NCBI GenBank assembly: GCA_964016885.1
Contig: OZ024745.1
Span: forward strand, 10,168,001 to 10,232,000
Direction: 5' to 3'
Length of the DNA stretch: 64,000 nucleotides
DNA from: Eledone cirrhosa
Taxonomy: Eukaryota
The position numbers and the translations under genes were made by a program. Shown piece after piece: positions 1-15,400 of this stretch. The first letter of the stretch is position 1. Every line of letters begins with the position of its first letter. The notes below the pieces were generated by a model. It had not been told where the DNA came from, made no database searches, and was given only the letters and a program-made list of their open reading frames with translations.

Positions 1-33
1 ATGTTACAAAGTATAAGAAATAATAATTATTAG

Positions 34-160
34 GTTAACTTTACCTTTCATCTTTACGGGGTTGATAAAATAAAGCACCAGTAATGCACTGGGGTTGATT
101 TAATCAACTTTCTCCTCCCACCTAAAATCGTTGACCTTGTCTCTAAATTAGATACCATTA
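34..160 (+). mobile_element. 3' part of a SINE-like dispersed repeat (family S1)
   Basis: GTTAACTTTACCTTTCATCTTTACGGGGTTGATAAAATAAAGCACCAGTAATGCACTGGGGTTGATTTAATCAACT is similar to 245-310, to 445-480 plus 26085-26135, and (inverted) to 26920-26990. Confidence 0.75.
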
Positions 161-164
161 TTAT

Positions 165-345
165 TGGCAGTATCGGTAGAAGGTCGGACGCTATGCTTTG
201 ATGCATAGAGTTACGGCCCTTGCCATTCTGAGTTCGAATCCCGCTGAGATTAACTTTGCCTTTCCTTCTTACAGGTTCGATAAAATAAAGTACCAGTAAT
301 GCACTGGGATAAATGCTGGTCTTGTGCCAAATGTAGAAAAAATTA
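165..345 (+). mobile_element. SINE-like repeat (family S1)
   Basis: B-box-like GAGTTCGAATCC at ~230-241, then the S1 body; close reverse-complement match to 26893-27058. Confidence 0.75.
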
Positions 346-354
346 TTATATTGC

Positions 355-480
355 ATAAGGGCAGTGGAGTCGGAAGAGCATCAGACAAGTGCTTAGCAAT
401 ATTTGCTACTGTTCTATATGTTCTCAGTTTAAATGTTGCCAACGTCAACCTTGACTTTCATCTTACCGGGGTCAATAAAA
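355..480 (+). mobile_element. 5' half of the S1 SINE copy that hosts the satellite array
   Basis: TTCTCAGTTTAAATGTTGCCAACGTCAACCTTGACTTTCATCTTACCGGGGTCAATAAAATATAGTACC aligns with the S1 copies at 34-160 and 165-345 and runs directly into the first array unit. Confidence 0.7.
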
Positions 481-3400
481 TATAGTACCAACCTATAACT
501 AGAGTTGACATATAGTACCAACCTAGTACTAGAGTTGACATATAGTACCAACCTAGTACTAGAGTTGACATATAGTACCAACCTAGTACTAGAGTTGACA
601 TATAGTACCAACCTATAACTAGAGTTGACATATAGTACCAACCTAGTACTAGAGTTGACATATAGTACCAACCTAGTACTAGAGTTGACATATAGTACCA
701 ACCTATAACTAGAGTTGACATATAGTACCAACCTAGTACTAGAGTTGACATATAGTACCAACCTAGTACTAGAGTTGACATATAGTACCAACCTAGTACT
801 AGAGTTGACATATAGTACCAACCTAGTACTAGGGTTGACGTATAGTACCAACCTAGTAGTAGAGTTGACATATAGTACCAACCTAGTACTTGGGTTGACA
901 TGATATAGTACCAACCTAGTACTAGGATTGACATATAGTACCAACCTAGTACTTGGGTTGACATATACTACCAACCTAGTACGTGGGTTGACATATAGTA
1001 CCAACCTAGTACTAGGGTTGACATAATATAGTACCAACCTAGTACTTGGGTTGACATATAGTACCGACCTAGTACTAGGGTTGACATATAGTACCAACCT
1101 AGTACTAGGGTTGACATATAGTACCAACCTAGTACTAGGGTTGACATAATATAGTACCAACCTAGTACTAGGGTTGACATATAGTACCAACCTATAACTA
1201 GAGTTGACATATAGTACCAACCTAGTACTAGGGTTGACATATAGTACCAACCTATAACTAGAGTTGACATAGTACCAACCTAGTACAAGGGTTGACATAT
1301 AGTACCAACCTATAACTAGAGTTGACATATAGTACCAACCTAGTACTAGGGTTGACATATAGTACCAACCTAGTACTAGAGTTGACATATAGTACCAACC
1401 TATAACTAGAGTTGACATATAGTACCAACCTAGTACTAGGGTTGACATATAGTACCAACCTAGTACTAGAGTTGACATATAGTACCAACCTAGCACTTGG
1501 GTTGACATATAGTACCAACCTAGTACTTGGGTTGACATATAGTACCGACCTAGTACTAGGGTTGACATAATATAGTACCAACCTAGTACTAGGGTTGACA
1601 TAATATAGTACCAACCTAGTACTAGGATTGACATATAGTACCAACCTAGTACTTGGGTTGACATATAGTACCAACCTAGTACGTGGGTTGACATATAGTA
1701 CCAACCTAGTACTAGGGTTGACATATAGTACCAACCTAGTACTTGGGTTGACATATAGTACCAACCTATAACTAGAGTTGACATATAGTACCAACCTAGT
1801 ACTAGGGTTGACATATAGTACCAACCTATAACTAGCGTTGACATATAGTACCAACCTAGTACAAGGGTTGACATATAGTACCAACCTATAACTAGAGTTG
1901 ACATATAGTACCAACCTAGTACTAGGGTTGACATATAGTACCAACCTAATACTAGGGTTGACATATAGTACCAACCTAGTACTAGGGTTGACATATAGTA
2001 CCAACCTATAACTAGAGTTGACATATAGTACCAACCTAGTACAAGGGTTGACATATAGTACCAACCTATAACTAGAGTTGACATATAGTACCAACCTAGT
2101 ACTAGGGTTGACATATAGTACCAACCTAGTACTAGGGTTGACATATAGTACCAACCTAGTACTAGGGTTGACATATAGTACCAACCTAGTACTAGGGTTG
2201 ACATATAGTACCAACCTAGTACTAGGGTTGACATAATCTAGTACCAACCTAGTACTAGGGTTGACATATAGTACCAACCTAGTACTAGGGTTGACATATA
2301 GTACCAACTTAGTACTAGGGTTGACATAATATAGTACCAACCTAGTACTAGGGTTGACATATAGTACCAACCTAGTACTAGGGTTGACATATAGTACCAA
2401 CCTAGTACTAGGGTTGACATATAGTACCAACCTAGTACTAGGGTTGACATATAGTACCAACCTAGTACTAGGGTTGACATAATATAGTACCAACCTAGTA
2501 CTAGGGTTGACATATAGTACCAACCTAGTACTAGGGTTGACATATAGTACCAACCTATAACTAGAGTTGACATATAGTACCAACCTAGTACTAGGGTTGA
2601 CATATAGTACCAACCTAGTACTAGGGTTGACATATAGTACCAACCTAGTACTAGGGTTGACATAATATAGTACCAACCTAGTACTAGGGTTGACATATAG
2701 TACCAACCTAGTATTAGGGTTGACATAGTACCAACCTAGTACTAGAGTTGACATATAGTACCAACCTAGTACTAGGGTTGACATAATATAGTACCAACCT
2801 AGTACTAGGGTTGACATATAGTACCAACCTAGTACTAGGGTTGACATATAGTACCAACCTAGTACTAGGGTTGACATAATATAGTACCAACCTAGTACTA
2901 GGGTTGACATATAGTACCAACCTAGTACTAGGGTTGACATATAGTACCAACCTAGTACTAGAGTTGACATATAGTACCAACCTAGTACTAGGGTTGACAT
3001 ATAGTACCAACCTAGTACTAGGGTTGACATAATATAGTACCAACCTAGTACTAGGGTTGACATATAGTAGCAACCTAGTACTAGGGTTGACATATAGTAC
3101 CAACCTAGTACTAGGGTTGACATATAGTACCAACCTAGTACTAGAGTTGACATATAGTACCAACCTAGTACTTGGGTTGACATGATATAGTACCAACCTA
3201 GTACTAGGGTTGACATAATATAGTACCAACCTAGTACTAGGATTGACATAATATAGTACCAACCTAGTACTAGGGTTGACATATAGTACCAACCTAGTAC
3301 GTGGGTTGACATAGTACCAACCTAGTACTAGGGTTGACATATAGTACCAACCTAGTACTTGGGTTGACATATAGTACCAACCTAGTACTAGGGTTGACAT

Positions 3401-6400
3401 AATATAGTACCAACCTAGTACTAGGGTTGACATAATATAGTACCAACCTAGTACTAGGGTTGACATATAGTACCAACCTAGTACGTGGGTTGACATATAG
3501 TACCAACTTAGTACTAGGGTTGACATAATATAGTACCAACCTAGTACTAGGGTTGACATATAGTACCAACCTAGTACTAGAGTTGACATATAGTACCAAC
3601 CTAGTACTAGGGTTGACATATAGTACCAACCTATAACTAGGGTTGACATATAGTACCAACCTAGTACAAGGGTTGACATATAGTACCAACCTATAACTAG
3701 AGTTGACATATAGTACCAACCTAGTACTAGGGTTGACATATAGTACCAACCTAGTACTAGAGTTGACATATAGTACCAACCTATAACTAGAGTTGACATA
3801 TAGTACCAACCTAGTACTAGGGTTGACATATAGTACCAACCTAGTACTAGAGTTGACATATAGTACCAACCTAGCACTTGGGTTGACATATAGTACCAAC
3901 CTAGTACTTGGGTGACATATAGTACCGACCTAGTACTAGGGTTGACATAATATAGTACCAACCTAGTACTAGGGTTGACATAATATAGTACCAACCTAGT
4001 ACTAGGATTGACATATAGTACCAACCTAGTACTTGGGTTGACATAGTACCAACCTAGTACGTGGGTTGACATATAGTACCAACCTAGTACTAGGGTTGAC
4101 ATATAGTACCAACCTAGTACTTGGGTTGACATATAGTACCAACCTATAACTAGAGTTGACATATAGTACCAACCTAGTACTAGGGTTGACATATAGTACC
4201 AACCTATAACTAGCGTTGACATATAGTACCAACCTAGTACAAGGGTTGACATATAGTACCAACCTATAACTAGAGTTGACATATAGTACCAACCTAGTAC
4301 TAGGGTTGACATATAGTACCAACCTAATACTAGGGTTGACATATAGTACCAACCTAGTACTAGGGTTGACATATAGTACCAACCTATAACTAGAGTTGAC
4401 ATATAGTACCAACCTAGTACAAGGGTTGACATATAGTACCAACCTATAACTAGAGTTGACATATAGTACCAACCTAGTACTAGGGTTGACATATAGTACC
4501 AACCTAGTACTAGGGTTGACATATAGTACCAACCTAGTACTAGGGTTGACATATAGTACCAACCTAGTACTAGGGTTGACATATAGTACCAACCTAGTAC
4601 TAGGGTTGACATAATCTAGTACCAACCTAGTACTAGGGTTGACATATAGTACCAACCTAGTACTAGGGTTGACATATAGTACCAACTTAGTACTAGGGTT
4701 GACATAATATAGTACCAACCTAGTACTAGGGTTGACATATAGTACCAACCTAGTACTAGGGTTGACATATAGTACCAACCTAGTACTAGGGTTGACATAT
4801 AGTACCAACCTAGTACTAGGGTTGACATATAGTACCAACCTAGTACTAGGGTTGACATAATATAGTACCAACCTAGTACTAGGGTTGACATATAGTACCA
4901 ACCTAGTACTAGGGTTGACATATAGTACCAACCTATAACTAGAGTTGACATATAGTACCAACCTAGTACTAGGGTTGACATATAGTACCAACCTAGTACT
5001 AGGGTTGACATATAGTACCAACCTAGTACTAGGGTTGACATAATATAGTACCAACCTAGTACTAGGGTTGACATATAGTACCAACCTAGTATTAGGGTTG
5101 ACATAGTACCAACCTAGTACTAGAGTTGACATATAGTACCAACCTAGTACTAGGGTTGACATAATATAGTACCAACCTAGTACTAGGGTTGACATATAGT
5201 ACCAACCTAGTACTAGGGTTGACATATAGTACCAACCTAGTACTAGGGTTGACATAATATAGTACCAACCTAGTACTAGGGTTGACATATAGTACCAACC
5301 TAGTACTAGGGTTGACATATAGTACCAACCTAGTACTAGAGTTGACATATAGTACCAACCTAGTACTAGGGTTGACATATAGTACCAACCTAGTACTAGG
5401 GTTGACATAATATAGTACCAACCTAGTACTAGGGTTGACATATAGTAGCAACCTAGTACTAGGGTTGACATATAGTACCAACCTAGTACTAGGGTTGACA
5501 TATAGTACCAACCTAGTACTAGAGTTGACATATAGTACCAACCTAGTACTTGGGTTGACATGATATAGTACCAACCTAGTACTAGGGTTGACATAATATA
5601 GTACCAACCTAGTACTAGGATTGACATAATATAGTACCAACCTAGTACTAGGGTTGACATATAGTACCAACCTAGTACGTGGGTTGACATAGTACCAACC
5701 TAGTACTAGGGTTGACATATAGTACCAACCTAGTACTTGGGTTGACATATAGTACCAACCTAGTACTAGGGTTGACATAATATAGTACCAACCTAGTACT
5801 AGGGTTGACATAATATAGTACCAACCTAGTACTAGGGTTGACATATAGTACCAACCTAGTACGTGGGTTGACATATAGTACCAACTTAGTACTAGGGTTG
5901 ACATAATATAGTACCAACCTAGTACTAGGGTTGACATATAGTACCAACCTAGTACTAGAGTTGACATATAGTACCAACCTAGTACTAGGGTTGACATATA
6001 GTACCAACCTATAACTAGGGTTGACATATAGTACCAACCTAGTACTAGGGTTGACATAATATAGTACCAACCTAGTACTAGGGTTGACATATAGTACCAA
6101 CCTAGTACTTGGGTTGACATGATATAGTACCAACCTAGTACTAGGGTTGACATAATATAGTACCAACCTAGTACTAGGATTGACATATAGTACCAACCTA
6201 GTACAAGGGTTGAAATATAGCACCAACCTAGTACGTGGGTTGACATATAGTACCAACCTAGTACTAGGGTTGACATATAGTACCAACCTAGTACTTGGGT
6301 TGACATATAGTACCAACCTAGTACTAGGGTTGACATAATATAGTACCAACCTAGTACTAGGATTGACATAATATAGTACCAACCTAGTACTAGGGTTGAC

Positions 6401-9400
6401 ATATAGTACCAACCTAGTATTAGGGTTGACATATAGTACCAACCTAGTACTTGGGTTGACATATAGTACCAACCTAGTACTAGGGTTGACATGATATAGT
6501 ACCAACCTAGTACTAGGGTTGACATAATATAGTACCAACCTAGTACTAGGATTGACATAATATAGTACCAACCTAGTACTAGGGTTGACATATAGTACCA
6601 ACCTAGTATGTCGGTTGACATATAGTACCAACCTAGTACTTGGGTTGACATATAGTACCAACCTAGTACTAGGGTTGACATAATATAGTACCAACCTAGT
6701 ACTAGGGTTGACATAATATAGTACCAACCTAGTACTAGGGTTGACATAATATAGTACCAACCTAGTACTAGGGTTGACATAATATAGTACCAACCTAGTA
6801 CTAGGGTTGACATATAGTACCAACCTAGTACTTGGGTTGACATATAGTACCAACCTAGTACTGGGGTTGACATAATATAGTACCAACCTAGTACTAGGGT
6901 TGACAAAATATAGTACCAACCTAGTACTAGGATTGACATAATATAGTACCAACCAAGTACTAGGGTTGACATATAGTACCAACCTAGTACTAGGGTTGAC
7001 ATATAGTACCAACCTAGTATTAGGGTTGACATATAGTACCAACCTAGTACTTGGGTTGACATATAGTACCAACCTAATACTTGGGTTGACATATAGTACC
7101 AACCGAGTACTAGGGTTGACATGATATAGTACCAACCTAGTACTAGGGTAGACATAATATAGTACCAACCTAGTACTAGGATTGACATAATATAGTACCA
7201 ACCTAGTACTAGGGTTGACATATAGTACCAACCTAGTACTAGGGTTGACATAATATAGTACCAATCTAGTACTAGGGTTGACATATAGTACCAATCTAGT
7301 ACTAGGGTTGACATATAGTACCAACCTAGTACTTGGGTTGACATAATATAGTACCAATCTAGTACTAGGGTTGACATATAGTATCAACCTAGTACTAGGG
7401 TTGACATATAGTACCAACCTAGTACTAGGGTTGACATAATATAGTACCATTCTAGTACTAGGGTTGACATATAGTACCAACCTAGTACTAGGGTTGACAT
7501 ATAGTACCAACCGAGTACTAGGGTTGACATAATATAGTACCAATCTAGTACTAGGGTTGACATATAGTACCGACCTAGTACTAGGGTTGACATACTACCA
7601 ACCTAGTACTAGGGTTGACATATAGTACCAGCCTAGTACTAGGGTTGACTTATAGTACCAACCTAATACTTGGGTTGTCATATAGTACCAACCTAGTACT
7701 AGAGTTGACATATAGTACCAACCTAGTACTAGGGTTGACATAATATAGTACCAACCTAGTACTTGGGTTGACATAGTACCAACCTAGTACTAGGGTTGAC
7801 ATAAGATAGTACCAACCTAGTACTAGGGTTGACATAATATAGTACCAACCTAGTACTAGGGTTGACATAATATAGTACCAACCTAGTACTAGGGTTGACA
7901 TAATATAGTACCAACCTAGTACTTGGGTTGACATATAGTACCAACCTAGTACTAGGGTTGACATATAGTACCAACCTAGTACTAGGGTTGACATAATATA
8001 GTACCAACCTAGTACTTGGGTTGAAATATAGTACCAACCTAGTACTTGGGTTGACATATAGTACCAACCTAGTACGTGGGTTGACATATAGTACCAACCT
8101 AGTACTAGGGTTGACGTAATATAGTACCAACCTAGTACTAGGGTTGACATAATATAGTACTAACCTATAACTAGAGTTGACATATAGTACCAACCTAGTA
8201 CTTGGGTTGACATAATATAGTACCAACCTAGTACTAGAGTTGACATATAGTACCAACCTAGTACTAGGGTTGACATATAGTACCAACCTATAACTAGGGT
8301 TGACATATAGTACCAACCTAGTACTAGGGTTGACATAATATAGTACCAACCTAGTACTAGGGTTGACATATAGTACCAACCTAGTACTTGGGTTGACATG
8401 ATATAGTACCAACCTAGTACTAGGGTTGACATAATATAGTACCAACCTAGTACTAGGATTGACATATAGTACCAACCTAGTACTAGGGTTGACATATAGT
8501 ACCAACCTAGTACGTGGGTTGACATATAGTACCAACCTAGTACTAGGGTTGACATATAGTACCAACCTAGTACTTGGGTTGACATATAGTACCAACCGAG
8601 TACTAGGGTTGACATAATATAGTACCAACCTAGTACTAGGGTTGACATAATATAGTACCAACCTAGTACTAGGATTGACATAATATCGTACCAACCTAGT
8701 ACTAGGGTTGACATATAGTACCAACTTAGTATTAGGGTTGACATATAGTACCAACATAGTACTTGGGTTGACATATAGTACCAACCTAGTACTAGGGTTG
8801 ACATAATATAGTACCAACCTAGTACTAGGGTTGACATATAGTACCAACCTAGTACGTGGGTTGACATATAGTACCAACCTAGTACTTGGGTTGACATATA
8901 GTACCAACCTAGTACTAGGGTTGACATGATATAGTACCAACCTAGTACTAGGGTTGACATAATATAGTACCAACCTAGTACTAGGATTGACATAATATAG
9001 TACCAACCTAGTACTAGGGTTGACATATAGTACCAACCTAGTACGTCGGTTGACATATAGTACCAACCTAGTACTTGGGTTGACATATAGTACCAACCTA
9101 GTACTAGGGTTGACATAATATAGTACCAACCTAGTACTAGGGTTGACATAATATAGTACCAACCTAGTACTAGGGTTGACATAATATAGTACCAACCTAG
9201 TACTAGGGTTGACATATAGTACCAACCTAGTACTTGGGTTGACATATAGAACCAACCTAGTACTAGGGTTGACATAATATAGTACCAACCTAGTACTAGG
9301 GTTGACATATAGTACCAACCTAGTACGTGGGTTGACATATAGTACCAACCTAGTACTAGGGTTGACATATAGTACCAACCTAGTACTAGGGTTGACATAT

Positions 9401-12400
9401 AGTACCAACCTAGTATTAGGGTTGACATATAGTACCAACCTAGTACTTGGGTTGACATATAGTACCAACCTAATACTTGGGTTGACATATAGTACCAACC
9501 TAGTACTAGGGTTGACATGATATAGTACCAACCTAGTACTAGGGTTGACATAATATAGTACCAACCTAGTACTAGGATTGACATAATATAGTACCAACCT
9601 AGTACTAGGGTTGACATATAGTACCAACCTAGTACGTCGGTTGACATATAGTACCAACCTAGTACTTGGGTTGACATATAGTACCAACCTAGTACTAGGG
9701 TTGACATAATATAGTACCAACCTAGTACTAGGGTTGACATAATATAGTACCAACCTAGTACTAGGGTTGACATAATATAGTACCAACCTAGTACTAGGGT
9801 TGACATAATATAGTACCAACCTAGTACTAGGGTTGACATAATATAGTACCAACCTAGTACTAGGGTTGACATATAGTACCAACCTAGTACTTGGGTTGAC
9901 ATATAGTACCAACCTAGTACTAGGGTTGACATAATATAGTACCAACCTAGTACTAGGGTTGACATATAGTACCAACCTAGTACGTGGGTTGACATATAGT
10001 ACCAACCTAGTACTTGGGTTGACATATAGTACCAACCTAGTACTAGGGTTGACATAATATAGTACCAACCTAGTACTTGGGTTGACATAGTACCAACCTA
10101 GTACTAGGGTTGACATATAGTACCAATCTAGTACTTGGGTTGACATATAGTACCAACCTAGTACTAGGGTTGACACAATATAGTACCAACCTAGTACTAG
10201 GGTTGACATATAGTACCAACCTAGTACTAGGGTTGACATAATATAGTACCAATCTAGTACTAGGGTTGACATATAGTACCAACCTAGTACTTGGGTTGAC
10301 ATAATATAGTACCAATCTAGTACTAGGGTTGACATATAGTACCAACCTAGTACTAGGGTTGACATAATATAGTACCATTCTAGTACTAGGGTTGACATAT
10401 AGTACCAACCTAGTACTAGGGTTGACATATAGTACCAACCGAGTACTAGGGTTGACATAATATAGTACCAATCTAGTACTAGGGTTGACATATAGTACCG
10501 ACCTAGTACTAGGGTTGACATAGTACCAACCTAGTACTAGGGTTGACATATAGTACCAGCCTAGTACTAGGGTTGACTTATAGTACCAACCTAATACTTG
10601 GGTTGACATATAGTACCAACCTAGTACTACAGTTGACATATAGTACCAACCTAGTACTAGGGTTGACATAATATAGTACCAACCTAGTACTTGGGTTGAC
10701 ATAGTACCAACCTAGTACTAGGGTTGACATAAGATAGTACCAACCTAGTACTAGGGTTGACATAATATAGTACCAACCTAGTACTAGGGTTGACATAATA
10801 TAGTACCAACCTAGTACTAGGGTTGACATAATATAGTACCAACCTAGTACTTGGGTTGACATATAGTACCAACCTAGTACTAGGGTTGACATATAGTACC
10901 AACCTAGTACTAGGGTTGACATAATATAGTACCAACCTAGTACTTGGGTTGACATATAGTACCAACCTAGTACTTGGGTTGACATATAGTACCAACCTAG
11001 TACGTGGGTTGACATATAGTACCAACCTAGTACTAGGGTTGACATAATATAGTACTAACCTATAACTAGAGTTGACATATAGTACCAACCTAGTACTTGG
11101 GTTGACATAATATAGTACCAACCTAGTACTAGAGTTGACATATAGTACCAACCTAGTACTAGGGTTGACATATAGTACCAACCTATAACTAGGGTTGATA
11201 TATAGTACCAACCTAGTACTAGGGTTGACATAATACAGTACCAACCTAGTACTAGGGTTGATATATAGTACCAACCTAGTACTTGGGTTGACATGATATA
11301 GTACCAACCTAGTACTAGGGTTGACATAATATAGTACCAACCTAGTACTAGGATTGACATATAGTACCAACCTAGTACAAGGGTTGAAATATAGCACCAA
11401 CCTAGTACGTGGGTTGACATATAGTACCAACCTAGTACTAGGGTTGACATATAGTACCAACCTAGTACTTGGGTTGACATATAGTACCAACCTAGTACTA
11501 GGGTTGACATAATATAGTACCAACCTAGTACTAGGATTGACATAATATAGTACCAACCTAGTACTAGGGTTGACATATAGTACCAACCTAGTATTAGGGT
11601 TGACATATAGTACCAACCTAGTACTTGGGTTGACATATAGTACCAACCTAGTACTAGGGTTGACATGATATAGTACCAACCTAGTACTAGGGTTGACATA
11701 ATATAGTACCAACCTAGTACTAGGATTGACATAATATAGTACCAACCTAGTACTAGGGTTGACATATAGTACCAACCTAGTATGTCGGTTGACATATAGT
11801 ACCAACCTAGTACTTGGGTTGACATATAGTACCAACCTAGTACTAGGGTTGACATAATATAGTACCAACCTAGTACTAGGGTTGACATAATATAGTACCA
11901 ACCTAGTACTAGGGTTGACATAATATAGTACCAACCTAGTACTAGGGTTGACATAATATAGTACCAACCTAGTACTAGGGTTGACATATAGTACCAACCT
12001 AGTACTTGGGTTGACATATAGTACCAACCTAGTACTGGGGTTGACATAATATAGTACCAACCTAGTACTAGGGTTGACATAATATAGTACCAACCTAGTA
12101 CTAGGATTGACATAATATAGTACCAACCAAGTACTAGGGTTGACATATAGTACCAACCTAGTACTAGGGTTGACATATAGTACCAACCTAGTATTAGGGT
12201 TGACATATAGTACCAACCTAGTACTTGGGTTGACATATAGTACCAACCTAATACTTGGGTTGACATATAGTACCAACCGAGTACTAGGGTTGACATGATA
12301 TAGTACCAACCTAGTACTAGGGTAGACATAATATAGTACCAACCTAGTACTAGGATTGACATAATATAGTACCAACCTAGTACTAGGGTTGACATATAGT

Positions 12401-15400
12401 ACCAACCTAGTATGTCGGTTGACATATAGTACCAACCTAGTACTTGGGTTGACATATAGTACCAACCTAGTACTAGGGTTGACATAATATAGTACCAACC
12501 TAGTACTAGGGTTGACATAATATAGTACCAACATAGTACTTGGGTTGACATATAGTACCAACCTAGTACTAGGGTTGACATAATATAGTACCAACCTAGT
12601 ACTAGGGTTGACATATAGTACCAACCTAGTACTTGGGTTGACATATAGTACCAACCTAGTACTAGGGTTGACATAATATAGTACCAACCTAGTACTAGGG
12701 TTGACATAATATAGTACCAACCTAGTACTAGGGTTGACATAATATAGTACCAACCTAGTACTAGGGTTGACATATAGTACCAACCTAGTACTTGGGTTGA
12801 CATATAGAACCAACCTAGTACTAGGGTTGACATAATATAGTACCAACCTAGTACTAGGGTTGACATATAGTACCAACCTAGTACGTGGGTTGACATATAG
12901 TACCAACCTAGTACTAGGGTTGACATATAGTACCAACCTAGTACTAGGGTTGACATATAGTACCAACCTAGTATTAGGGTTGACATATAGTACCAACCTA
13001 GTACTTGGGTTGACATATAGTACCAACCTAATACTTGGGTTGACATATAGTACCAACCTAGTACTAGGGTTGACATGATATAGTACCAACCTAGTACTAG
13101 GGTTGACATAATATAGTACCAACCTAGTACTAGGATTGACATAATATAGTACCAACCTAGTACTAGGGTTGACATATAGTACCAACCTAGTACGTCGGTT
13201 GACATATAGTACCAACCTAGTACTTGGGTTGACATATAGTACCAACCTAGTACTAGGGTTGACATAATATAGTACCAACCTAGTACTAGGGTTGACATAA
13301 TATAGTACCAACCTAGTACTAGGGTTGACATAATATAGTACCAACCTAGTACTAGGGTTGACATAATATAGTACCAACCTAGTACTAGGGTTGACATAAT
13401 ATAGTACCAACCTAGTACTAGGGTTGACATATAGTACCAACCTAGTACTTGGGTTGACATATAGTACCAACCTAGTACTAGGGTTGACATAATATAGTAC
13501 CAACCTAGTACTAGGGTTGACATATAGTACCAACCTAGTACGTGGGTTGACATATAGTACCAACCTAGTACTTGGGTTGACATATAGTACCAACCTAGTA
13601 CTAGGGTTGACATAATATAGTACCAACCTAGTACTTGGGTTGACATAGTACCAACCTAGTACTAGGGTTGACATATAGTACCAATCTAGTACTTGGGTTG
13701 ACATATAGTACCAACCTAGTACTAGGGTTGACACAATATAGTACCAACCTAGTACTAGGGTTGACATATAGTACCAACCTAGTACTAGGGTTGACATAAT
13801 ATAGTACCAATCTAGTACTAGGGTTGACATATAGTACCAACCTAGTACTTGGGTTGACATAATATAGTACCAATCTAGTACTAGGGTTGACATATAGTAC
13901 CAACCTAGTACTAGGGTTGACATAATATAGTACCATTCTAGTACTAGGGTTGACATATAGTACCAACCTAGTACTAGGGTTGACATATAGTACCAACCGA
14001 GTACTAGGGTTGACATAATATAGTACCAATCTAGTACTAGGGTTGACATATAGTACCGACCTAGTACTAGGGTTGACATAGTACCAACCTAGTACTAGGG
14101 TTGACATATAGTACCAGCCTAGTACTAGGGTTGACTTATAGTACCAACCTAATACTTGGGTTGACATATAGTACCAACCTAGTACTACAGTTGACATATA
14201 GTACCAACCTAGTACTAGGGTTGACATAATATAGTACCAACCTAGTACTTGGGTTGACATAGTACCAACCTAGTACTAGGGTTGACATAAGATAGTACCA
14301 ACCTAGTACTAGGGTTGACATAATATAGTACCAACCTAGTACTAGGGTTGACATAATATAGTACCAACCTAGTACTAGGGTTGACATAATATAGTACCAA
14401 CCTAGTACTTGGGTTGACATATAGTACCAACCTAGTACTAGGGTTGACATATAGTACCAACCTAGTACTAGGGTTGACATAATATAGTACCAACCTAGTA
14501 CTTGGGTTGACATATAGTACCAACCTAGTACTTGGGTTGACATATAGTACCAACCTAGTACGTGGGTTGACATATAGTACCAACCTAGTACTAGGGTTGA
14601 CATAATATAGTACTAACCTATAACTAGAGTTGACATATAGTACCAACCTAGTACTTGGGTTGACATAATATAGTACCAACCTAGTACTAGAGTTGACATA
14701 TAGTACCAACCTAGTACTAGGGTTGACATATAGTACCAACCTATAACTAGGGTTGATATATAGTACCAACCTAGTACTAGGGTTGACATAATACAGTACC
14801 AACCTAGTACTAGGGTTGACATATAGTACCAACCTAGTACTTGGGTTGACATGATATAGTACCAACCTAGTACTAGGGTTGACATAATATAGTACCAACC
14901 TAGTACTAGGATTGACATATAGTACCAACCTAGTACTAGGGTTGACATATAGTACCAACCTAGTACGTGGGTTGACATATAGTACCAACCTAGTACTAGG
15001 GTTGACATAGTACCAACCTAGTACTTGGGTTGACATATAGTACCAACCGAGTACTAGGGTTGACATAATATAGTACCAACCTAGTACTAGGGTTGACATA
15101 ATATAGTACCAACCTAGTACTAGGATTGACATAATATAGTACCAACCTAGTACTAGGGTTGACATATAGTACCAACCTAGTATTAGGGTTGACATATAGT
15201 ACCAACCTAGTGCTTGGGTTGACATATAGTACCAACCTAGTACTAGGGTTGACATAATATAGTACCAACCTAGTACTAGGATTGACATATAGTACCAACC
15301 TAGTACTAGGGTTGACATATAGTACCAACCTAGTACGTGGGTTGACATATAGTACCAACCTAGTACTAGGGTTGACATAGTACCAACCTAGTACTTGGGT

